From the NCBI RefSeq assembly GCF_000237865.1, contig NC_017457.1, positions 60,001-92,000 on the forward strand: a stretch of 32,000 bases of DNA, written 5' to 3'. Below are positions 1 through 7,821 of the stretch, piece by piece. Position 1 is the first letter of the stretch. Each line of letters begins with the position of its first letter. A program made the position numbers and the translations under genes. The notes below the pieces were generated by a model. That model had not been told where the DNA came from, ran no database searches, and saw only the letters and a program-made list of their open reading frames with translations. Source of the DNA: Haloquadratum walsbyi C23 (GTDB lineage: Archaea; Halobacteriota; Halobacteria; Halobacteriales; Haloferacaceae).

Positions 1-360
1 ATTCCAAGACTTCGACCTCTTTGTTTGATTGACTCAACGCATTCATCCTCAAGTTGGGTGAGAAGTGTAGCCCGCTTCTCACGTTGATATTCTCCCGTCT
101 TTTTAACACAGGAAGATTGGTTTCTACGTCCCAACTTCCAACTTTCATCACGGTTATCTTTCGGGTTTCGCTTTGCCTCAACTTCAACGATGTCCCATCT
201 TTTGAACAATTTTTTCCTAGGTTTACACGGGTAAAGTCGAATAAAGCCACGGTGTTTTGACCACGCACCAGTACAGGTAGTGAGATCTCCACCACTGATC
301 TCTTCTGGAGCAGCTCTACCTAAAATAACGACATCTTCTAACGTTTGCGAGGGGGTCACA
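1..360 (-). CDS. hypothetical protein, N-terminal part only (ORF runs off the left edge)
   Basis: Minus-strand open frame from GTG at 360-358, preceded in frame by a TGA, to the window edge. It is absent from the ORF track because it has no stop inside the window. My translation starts VTPSQTLEDVVILGRAAPEEISGGDLTTCTGAWSKHRGFIRLYPCKPRKKLFKRWDIVEVEAKRNPKDNRDESWKLG. It lies on the same strand as, and downstream of, the wHTH gene. No family recognised. Confidence 0.4.
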
Positions 361-547
361 GGTCCACCTCATATTCACCGAGACTCACTAATGAGCTGGT
401 GATACAAGCCATGTCAATACATAACTATGTCAATCCATATAAATTTACGTCCACAAATAACTCAATTAATACAAACGACTAATATGATTATGTTTAACTT
501 ATAATAGGCAACACAAGTTAGATAGAGACATTGAATACGATTCCGCC

Positions 548-787
548 TTATTCCTCTCCTGCTTCTTGTGCTTCGATAGTCAATTCGCCCCGTTCAGTTA
601 GTGAATAGACCTTCCGACGCCCCTCTTGTTTTCCTTTAATATACCCAGCGTCCTCCAGCTGTTGCATATGCTCATATATCGTAGGGCCTTGCTTCCCGAG
701 TTCATCTGCTAGCGCATAGCCGTGTCGTGGCTCTTCACGGAGCTTTTCGAGAATCTGGCGTTTTGCGTCTGTCAGCGTAAGTCCCAT
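548..787 (-). CDS. small winged helix-turn-helix transcription regulator (PadR-like)
   Basis: 79 aa. The pattern HGYALADELGKQGPTIYEHMQQLEDAGYIKGKQEGRRKVYSLTERGE matches the PadR/ArsR-type wHTH layout (recognition helix, then beta wing). It is divergent from the methyltransferase module. Confidence 0.75.
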   Translation of the reverse strand: MGLTLTDAKRQILEKLREEPRHGYALADELGKQGPTIYEHMQQLEDAGYIKGKQEGRRKVYSLTERGELTIEAQEAGEE

Positions 788-870
788 TCAATCTTTGATT
801 AGGATAGATAGGTAATAAGATATACATATGCAAACACCTATGCATAGATGAAATACTATTTATAATCGCA

Positions 871-1608
871 ATGGTGGAACAGACAAGTAACTCTATGTCC
901 AAAAAGACTAGTAATCAAATGTATATCGTTGATCTCAGGGAAGCAGTTTCCAGTAATCAGACGCTTAGGGAGGCACTCACTGAGTCAAATAGCCTCTGGA
1001 AGCCTCTCTATAACCGCATGGGTTCTTCAGAAACTCTTTGGATCATCGTTTCAAATGAATATCGAGGCGGGAAAATGTGGCCTGCTGCGATGGCTGCAGC
1101 TGATTACATTAGAAATCAAGCGAGTTTTATTTTGAAAAATACTATTACCGTCCATAATATTTCTGATGATAATAATGTTGCGGATATGATTTCTGCGTAC
1201 AATGAAATTCTCTTTTTTGTTAAAGACAAACGTAATTATCAGTTTCACAAAGATGAAATTCGTGTCTCACATGTGTATGAAGGAAATGAGTGGGGAGGTG
1301 AGAGAGAGAAAGGAACTAGCGCATACCATGATACTGAAGTCCGTCGGTACAACCCAGACGGGAAGGATCCTGGTAATGTGTGGCTTGAGGAAGACCGATC
1401 ACAAACCCCAAATCAAGAACTTGACGAAACCAGACCGATTCCATTTGATGAAAGTATCCGCCGATGCATTCGGGTTGGGTCGCAGGAAAAAGAAAAAATC
1501 CACACCATTTGGGCCACTAATCTAGCAGATATCATAACGTGCGAAAATCGGGAATTCATTGAAGTTGATGTCGATGTCCTCCAATCTGAGTCCGAGAGAA
1601 AATCATGA
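871..1608 (+). CDS. degenerate beta-class DNA methyltransferase paralogue lacking motif IV (D/S)PPY and motif I FxGxG
   Basis: 245 aa. It aligns by eye with the downstream methyltransferase. LWKPLYNRMGSSETLWIIVSNEY..FILKNTITVH matches VWKECYDVLREDGTMWIVVDTVM..FVSQDLVTWY. AYNEILFFVKDKRNYQF matches KKEYIVYLSKNYDHKF. GKDPGNVW matches ERPLGNLW. RPIPFDESIRRCIRVGSQEKEKIHTIWATN matches HKAPYPQALVDRMVNISTEPDDTVLDPFLGSGTT. There is no PPY tetrapeptide and no glycine-rich SAM loop. The stop overlaps the next start (ATGA at 1605-1608). Confidence 0.7.
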   Translation: MVEQTSNSMSKKTSNQMYIVDLREAVSSNQTLREALTESNSLWKPLYNRMGSSETLWIIVSNEYRGGKMWPAAMAAADYIRNQASFILKNTITVHNISDDNNVADMISAYNEILFFVKDKRNYQFHKDEIRVSHVYEGNEWGGEREKGTSAYHDTEVRRYNPDGKDPGNVWLEEDRSQTPNQELDETRPIPFDESIRRCIRVGSQEKEKIHTIWATNLADIITCENREFIEVDVDVLQSESERKS

Positions 1609-2387
1609 ATACTGTCAATTCCATTGATGCACTGAGTGTCTATTGGCAATCAAGCGAGGACATGAGTATCGTTGAGCCTGAGAGTGTTCAAACCGTCATC
1701 ACCTCTCCACCATACTGGGATCTCAAGGATTACGGGCATGAAGACCAGATTGGGACTACTGATGAATCGTATGAACACTATCATGACCGCATGAAAACTG
1801 TCTGGAAGGAGTGCTATGATGTTCTTAGAGAAGATGGGACAATGTGGATTGTTGTGGACACAGTCATGGAACGAGGTGATCTCCAGTTGCTTCCATATCA
1901 TATCATTCAGAAGGCAGAAGAAGTCGGGTTTGTGTCTCAGGATTTAGTCACTTGGTACAAGCCAACTGCTATCGCAGGGATGACAGATCGAAATATTGTG
2001 AATAAGAAAGAATATATTGTATATCTGTCTAAGAACTACGATCATAAGTTTTGTAAAAGTAATATCGAGGACACTAAAGACGACCCGGCAATCTCAGGTG
2101 AGCGTCCATTGGGGAATCTCTGGCGATTTCCGGTAAAACGTGGAACCATTGGTCAGAATTCCTTACATAAAGCACCGTATCCACAAGCGCTCGTCGACAG
2201 AATGGTTAATATTTCGACAGAGCCCGACGATACTGTCCTCGATCCATTCCTTGGAAGCGGCACGACAGCATTATCAGCGCTTGAACATAATCGTTCATGC
2301 ATTGGCTTTGAAATAAATCAAGAATTTGAGGACACTATTTCTGACCGGCTGGACTCAGTTCAGCAGAGGGACCTGACTGAATTTTAA
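1605..2387 (+). CDS. beta-class amino DNA methyltransferase (SPPY motif, N4-cytosine or N6-adenine)
   Basis: 260 aa. Motif IV (VITSPPYWDLKDYG) is near the N-terminus and motif I (VLDPFLGSGTTALSA) near the C-terminus, which is the circularly permuted beta order. HKAPYPQALVDRMV is the usual motif X region. SPPY is more typical of N4-cytosine enzymes, but this is not decisive. Confidence 0.9.
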   Translation: MNTVNSIDALSVYWQSSEDMSIVEPESVQTVITSPPYWDLKDYGHEDQIGTTDESYEHYHDRMKTVWKECYDVLREDGTMWIVVDTVMERGDLQLLPYHIIQKAEEVGFVSQDLVTWYKPTAIAGMTDRNIVNKKEYIVYLSKNYDHKFCKSNIEDTKDDPAISGERPLGNLWRFPVKRGTIGQNSLHKAPYPQALVDRMVNISTEPDDTVLDPFLGSGTTALSALEHNRSCIGFEINQEFEDTISDRLDSVQQRDLTEF

Positions 2388-2474
2388 ATCATAAATTTGT
2401 TTTCCTAACTCATTCGAATAAATTTTTCTGTTCAATACATAGACAAAATCCTACGCAAAGGTGTTTGTGGATTC

Positions 2475-3386
2475 ATGGATTATGCTCCTTCGATTGCGGT
2501 ATATCATGTGCAACGTGACGACCCTTGGACGAATTATCTCGGATTTACTGATTTAGGAACCGAAGAGCGTGAAGAAAATATTGAAGAGATCAAGTCAGTC
2601 ATCAAATCACTCGGTAACAATCACCCCGATATCTTCAATAAATACGATATTGACGCCGGAGACTATCAGCGAGAGCTAAAGGACGCTATCTTTTCACTTG
2701 GTGGTACCTTCCGTCAATCTCACGGCGCCGATAACGAAGATATTGTCCGTGATATATTTTTAAACCCAGCTAGAGAAGCTGATTATCTTAGTTTTACTGA
2801 CCAGCGAGGGAGCGAACGAATTGACTTCAAAGGCGAAGTCACCAATTCTGGACAAGTGTTTGCCATGGACGTGAAAGGAGGAGAAGGGCAGAGTATCGGA
2901 CATCTACTCGTCCCAGCGAACACTGATTCATTGATCATATGGAGTGAGCGAAATGCTAGAAATACTAAATCACCAGCCTCACGACTCAACGAGGTAATCA
3001 ATAGAACTGTCCGCTGGGGGTTGAATCAATCCGAAGATCCGCAGTTTATGATTATCCGTGATCCACCTGCTGGAGCTCGGACAGATGACGGACGGGTTAT
3101 TCCAGATGTTGTTGTTTTTCCATCGGAGTATCCATCACCGACCGCTCCTACACCAGGGATGCCTTCTCTTAGTAATATGTGCTTTCCCAATATTTTGTTT
3201 GAAGTGACAGCTGGAATTGAGAGCATGTCCTCAGAATCAGCTAAGAAGCACATCTGGTGGCATGAAATGGAATATAGGGATGAGGAGGATCAAAAGATTC
3301 ATAAGAAAATATACAACGCCGCAGATAACTCGATACGCTTGAGAACGAAGCCCATCGATTACTCAAGAATATCTAACGTAGAGTAA
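2475..3386 (+). CDS. ORFan with a PD-(D/E)xK-like motif, candidate restriction endonuclease
   Basis: 303 aa, same strand, 87 nt downstream of the methyltransferase. SERIDFKGEVTNSGQVFAMDVKGGEG gives D...(15 aa)...D-V-K spacing typical of PD-(D/E)xK nucleases. No other recognisable family motif. Confidence 0.5.
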   Translation: MDYAPSIAVYHVQRDDPWTNYLGFTDLGTEEREENIEEIKSVIKSLGNNHPDIFNKYDIDAGDYQRELKDAIFSLGGTFRQSHGADNEDIVRDIFLNPAREADYLSFTDQRGSERIDFKGEVTNSGQVFAMDVKGGEGQSIGHLLVPANTDSLIIWSERNARNTKSPASRLNEVINRTVRWGLNQSEDPQFMIIRDPPAGARTDDGRVIPDVVVFPSEYPSPTAPTPGMPSLSNMCFPNILFEVTAGIESMSSESAKKHIWWHEMEYRDEEDQKIHKKIYNAADNSIRLRTKPIDYSRISNVE

Positions 3387-3730
3387 ACTGTTGTATGTGA
3401 CGTAATTCAGTTTGCTGTCACTCCGGTGTAGAGACATCTTCTGACCGACCAAGCCTTGTTTTCAGTCATCAGTATTTGGGTCACTCGTGACAGTACCATT
3501 AATAAACAAGTTATCATTTCACTCAAGAATACGATCCGATCTCATTCTTGATTGACATATTTGTGAGTCTCACGAAGCTCTTATTTCAATATTAGTCATT
3601 CAACGGTACCCTCACAATTGCGACGTATTCGCCGTGATATTAATGATATGATCCAGCCTTATTCGAAGTGCCCACTCGAATTTGCTCTCCTCTGGTTGTA
3701 TCTGCTATAGTGTGTGGGTAGTTTCTTCGG

Positions 3731-4096
3731 CTATCCTCGCTCGGCGATAGATAAGTAAAGTGCGTAATTATCGGTTAATTCTCCAGTATCTTTATCCTCA
3801 GTACGCTGAAGATTGATTTCAACACGAGTCGAATTGTCCTCAAAGTCAAGCAATGGTTTGAGGGAAGCTCCTACTGCCTCAATAAATTCGGGAGTGCCAG
3901 TAATTCGAACTGTAGAGATCTCCGTCGGATACTTGCTACCTGAAAAGCCAGATGGCTTCGGAATCACGGTATCTTTGAGCTCTCCCTCACTTGGTTCGTC
4001 CAGTCCCTCTATCCACTTCATTGCTTGTCGTTTTCTTATGTGCCCAGACTCGGTAGTGGGCAGTTGGTCTAGTTCAACCATATTTACATTTGGCAC
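3731..4096 (-). CDS. hypothetical acidic protein
   Basis: 121-aa ORF with haloarchaeal-style acidic composition. The overlapping plus-strand 128-aa ORF is Ser/Cys/Phe-rich and looks like a shadow frame. Confidence 0.6.
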   Translation of the reverse strand: MPNVNMVELDQLPTTESGHIRKRQAMKWIEGLDEPSEGELKDTVIPKPSGFSGSKYPTEISTVRITGTPEFIEAVGASLKPLLDFEDNSTRVEINLQRTEDKDTGELTDNYALYLSIAERG

Positions 4097-4359
4097 CTAC
4101 GGCAATTCAGATTTTATCATAATAAAATGTCGTTTCAATTTCCTCGCTCACTGTGTTTTCGACAGACACAATTATATATTATATCTTATACATCAATAAT
4201 TAATTCAGAGTTTCTTGGAGATACTATCTTGAGTGGTTCATGATTGCATTCAATATCTCAGACACAACTGAGTTGGTTAATATAGATGGGTGTCATTAGT
4301 CTTCTACCAAGTGTAAGTGCAATTTACTCGATAAGATTACTATCGACTGCATTCAGACG

Positions 4360-4425
4360 ATGTATTGAATTTTATTTTGCCTTATGTAACAGTCTGGCTC
4401 CGATCTATTCTGATGTTACATAAGG
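4360..4425 (+). repeat. copy 1 of the ~65-bp element: ATGTATTGAATTTTATTTTG, then CCTTATGTAACA, 22 nt, TGTTACATAAGG
   Basis: Perfect 12-bp inverted repeat with arms at 4380-4391 and 4414-4425 and a 22-nt spacer. It is preceded by a conserved AT-rich box. Intergenic. Confidence 0.9.
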
Positions 4426-5098
4426 GACTAATTGATAGATGTGACCACACCATAATTTAAAGATGGATATATCCAATCTAAGATAATAACAAAAGAAACA
4501 CCACTTGATGTAGCGAATCTCTATGATCAAGAGACGCACGGTGCAGACCACGCTATGCTACGAGACTATTCTCCTGCGTCAGCCCTGATGGCAGTATCGG
4601 AGAGCTGCAGGAGCGGACGACGAAACATCAGACGAGGCTCCTTCACGAGTGGGACGTATCCACAATGCCTGTGGCTATCGTCCAAGGTCGGCGTCCACGC
4701 CAGTATCATGACCACATTCACTAACTTGGGCAGGCAAAAGTTCTTGCCGATATCGACTAGACTGCGGTTGGTTCGTTAGTTGGTCGAAAGCTGATCAAGA
4801 AACCCCATATCGTGGCTACTGTAGCTAATGCTCTGCCTGATGACATCTGAATCCACACGGATTGTGCGCACGGGTATCCAATCTGCGTAGCCAACCAGAG
4901 CTGATGTCGCATCTCTCAACTGGTGATAGTAACGGGACTACACAACAGGCGGAACACGGCGGTAAAAAGCCCATGTGCATCTTAAGCGTCGGCAACAGCT
5001 TACGGAATTGTCGGTCGCTGATAATCAACGTCGTTTCCCGATATAGAGTAGCGACACTTATTCACAGCAACACTCAAAGATCTTGTACATAGTCGCTG

Positions 5099-5642
5099 AT
5101 GCTTGAGATAGTGAACATAGTCGGGTCGGGGGATATAGACCAGCGGTTAGATCTCCTCTCAGTATATACGGATGTTGAGCCACCACTAGCAAAGTACGAC
5201 CCCGAGATGTGCCACGGGATGTATCTGTTCGGTGACAACGAAGAGTCACCCTTAGTTACAATTTACACATCTGGAAAATACATAATTGTCGGTGCGGAAA
5301 GTGTAGACGAGCTTGAGGGGACAAGACAGGAAATGTTGCAAACGCTGTCTGAGTCTGATGAAATGAACGATATAGGAGACGCTCAAGTTGAAATAAGTAA
5401 TATTGTTGCGTCTTGAGATGTAGCTATGGAGCTTGACTTAGATCGAGTTTCTATCGAACTCGGGCTTGAAAATACTGAGTGCGACCCGAGAAATTTCCCC
5501 AGGGGTAGTCTACGATGATAGCAAGAACAACTGTACTGTGCTGATATTTAGAACAGGAAAGGTGACTATCACAGGTACAACTTCCCTCGTCGATATAGAA
5601 AACGCATATGAGCAGTTTTTGGAATTGCCTCCACAGCACTAA
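5099..5642 (+). pseudogene. TATA-box binding protein paralogue, disrupted (in-frame TGA plus 1-nt frameshift)
   Basis: The first TBP repeat is intact (MLEIVNIVGSGDIDQRLDL...TSGKYIIVGAESVDE...EISNIVAS). TGA follows at 5414-5416. The second repeat continues as DVAMELDLDRVSIELGLENTECDPRNFP. After an extra base near 5500-5501, the shifted frame reads GVVYDDSKNNCTVLIFRTGKVTITGTTSLVDIENAYEQFLELPPQH, ending at TAA 5640-5642. Confidence 0.8.
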
Positions 5643-5683
5643 TACTGTTCACAGAATTTCAGAGAGCTGGTCGGTTCAAGTAG

Positions 5684-6235
5684 TCAGACTTCACGAAGTC
5701 TATCTATCTCCTCCTGAATCTGCTGGAGAGCAGACTTTGCTTCCTCACATTCTGTCGTGCCTCCAATGATTGCCTTGTCGGTTGAAAAAATAAAAAGAGT
5801 TACTGCAAACTCTGGCGGTCGATACACAATCGCTGGGAACTGCTCTGGTTCATATTCAGTTTTCTCCAGTCCCAGAGCAATTGTCAAAGCTTCCAGATTT
5901 ACATCAACCTCTAACGTGCCGACGAAGACAGAAGTCACGTGACGAAACTCATACTCAGGCATCTTAACGCCAGCATCGGAAAGAAGCGTTCGTAACTGAG
6001 ACTCGGATTCTTCGAGATCGGCTTCAGTCTTCGCACCTCGAATCTGGAACGAGCCCATGCGGACAGGATTAATACAGGACTATCGTCCCCGCAATATATC
6101 CCCTCCTAGTCAAGTTAGTATCAATTGGAGTTTCGGCATTCTCAACCAAATCACCAACCAACAGACGAAGATCTAACCCTCACTCCAGCGACCTAATCCC
6201 ATCGCACTCGCAATCTCAAAGATACCTATTGGTGG
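5684..6235 (-). pseudogene. TATA-box binding protein paralogue, N-terminal repeat decayed by frameshifts and stops
   Basis: The 124-aa ORF (5684-6058) holds the end of repeat 1 and all of repeat 2 (GSFQIRGAKT..., LGLEKTEYEPEQFPAIVYRPPEFAVTLFIFSTDKAIIGG). Hand translation upstream on the minus strand gives broken TBP-like pieces in other frames: FEIASAMGLG from about 6220, then LDLRLLVGDLVENAE. The upper boundary is approximate. Confidence 0.65.
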
Positions 6236-6303
6236 CTCATCAGTTGATCTGGTTCTTCTGTTCGGTTACTGTTAATTCATCATAGACTACTTCAGGGGCG
6301 GAC

Positions 6304-7821
6304 ATGATTGTCTCAAACATGTCCGTGTCCTTGGACGAACTCGATTCACAACTCTTCAAATGTGCTGATATCATCCGTGATGCGGTTGATTCCACCGATT
6401 ATAAGGAGTATATCCTCCCGCTGGTCTACTATAAGGCTATCTCTGATGAGTTTGCGAAGCAGTATCAGAAGAATGTCACCGAGTACGGTGAGGAGTTTGC
6501 CCGCCGTGAGAATCTCTATGATGTTCCTGTCATCCCAGACGGATATATGTGGGATGACGTTCGAGCGGTCAGCGATAACGTGGATGAGGCACTCAACGAG
6601 AGTTTCGACGCACTCGTTGAGGCAAACCCCGAATTGAGAGGTGTTTTCCGAGCCGATTACATTGACGCCGATGCTCTCGGTGATGACCGTCTTGGACGCC
6701 TCGTAGAACATCTCTCGAAGTACGACTTAGACACGGATAGCGTTCCACCAGATATGCTCGGTGAGGCGTATATGGACTTGGTTCGCCACTTCGCAGAGGA
6801 GGAGGGCAAGTCTGGCGGGCAGTTCTTCACGCCACCACAGATTGTCAACCTCTGCGTTCGACTCGTTGATGAATTTGAGGATGGGCACACATTCCACGAT
6901 CCCACCGTTGGCTCAGGTGGAATGCTTATCGAAGCCGCTCGGTACTATCGTGAAGAGCAGAACGGCGACCCACAGAAATTCGAACTGACGGGGCAGGAAA
7001 TCAACCCTGATATCGCCGCTATCGCTAAAATGAACCTCTCCATTCACGGACTCAACGGGGAGATTGAACGAGAGGACTCACTCGCTTACCCGCAGTTTAC
7101 CGATGAGACAGATGACTCAGTTGCCCGCTTCAATAGAGTTCTCGCCAACTTTCCATTCTCCGCAGACTGGGCGAAAGACGAGCTTCAAGATGACCCCTAC
7201 GACCGTTTCGACTGGCACGAGAAACTCCCACGGGCAGATCGTGGTGACTACGCCTTCATTATGCACATCGCAAAGCAACTGAAGACACCTGAGCAGGATG
7301 GCGAGGGTGGGAAAGCGTCGATTGTGATTCCGCACGGCGTTCTCTTCCGCAAGCACGAGCAACGGTATCGTAAGCCAATGCTGGAGAACGATATGGTGGA
7401 AGCAATTGTTGGACTTCCCGAGAACCTTTTCCAGAACAACTCAATTCCATCTGCTGTGCTTGTGCTGAACACCGACAAACCAGAAGAACGAGAGGGGGAA
7501 GTACAATTCATCCACGCCGCAGATGAGGACTTCTACGACGAACTTTCCAATCAGAATCAGCTCACACATGAAGGGCTTGACCATATCATCGAAAACTTCC
7601 GAGGCTGGACAACCGAAGAGCGAGTGAGTCGAACGGTCGGAATGGATGAGATTCGAGAAAACGATTATAATCTAAATATCGCCCTGTACGTCGATACGAC
7701 CGAACCTGAGGAAGATATTGATGTTGAGGAGGAGCTGGCGAAGTTACGGGACTTACAGGCAGAACGAGACGATATTGAATCTCAAATGACTCAGCATATG
7801 GAGGCTCTGAAATATGAGTGA
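6304..7821 (+). CDS. hsdM: type I restriction-modification system, methyltransferase subunit
   Basis: 505 aa with an HsdM N-terminal region (LFKCADIIRDAVDSTDYKEYILPLVYYKAISDEF), SAM motif I (HDPTVGSGGMLIEA) and an NPPF-type motif IV variant (LANFPFS). An ATGAGTGA start/stop overlap links it to the next gene. Confidence 0.93.
   Translation: MIVSNMSVSLDELDSQLFKCADIIRDAVDSTDYKEYILPLVYYKAISDEFAKQYQKNVTEYGEEFARRENLYDVPVIPDGYMWDDVRAVSDNVDEALNESFDALVEANPELRGVFRADYIDADALGDDRLGRLVEHLSKYDLDTDSVPPDMLGEAYMDLVRHFAEEEGKSGGQFFTPPQIVNLCVRLVDEFEDGHTFHDPTVGSGGMLIEAARYYREEQNGDPQKFELTGQEINPDIAAIAKMNLSIHGLNGEIEREDSLAYPQFTDETDDSVARFNRVLANFPFSADWAKDELQDDPYDRFDWHEKLPRADRGDYAFIMHIAKQLKTPEQDGEGGKASIVIPHGVLFRKHEQRYRKPMLENDMVEAIVGLPENLFQNNSIPSAVLVLNTDKPEEREGEVQFIHAADEDFYDELSNQNQLTHEGLDHIIENFRGWTTEERVSRTVGMDEIRENDYNLNIALYVDTTEPEEDIDVEEELAKLRDLQAERDDIESQMTQHMEALKYE

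Noticed and set aside
54-260. 68-aa plus-strand ORF at the left edge
   Set aside because: It is antisense to a longer open minus-strand frame that runs off the window (1-360). It is Phe/Ser/Leu-rich and has no motif, so it is most likely a shadow frame.
929-1649. Several 65-107-aa ORFs overlapping the 871-1608 gene on both strands
   Set aside because: They are fully nested in a longer ORF that has clear methyltransferase-paralogue similarity. Their compositions are basic or Ile/Asn-rich, unlike the rest of the proteome.
4139-4165. CCTCGCTCACT...TTTTCG, shared with 23578-23605
   Set aside because: This is an 11-mer plus a short T-run. Many such coincidences are expected among all sequence pairs in a 32-kb window, and its position relative to the palindromes is inconsistent.
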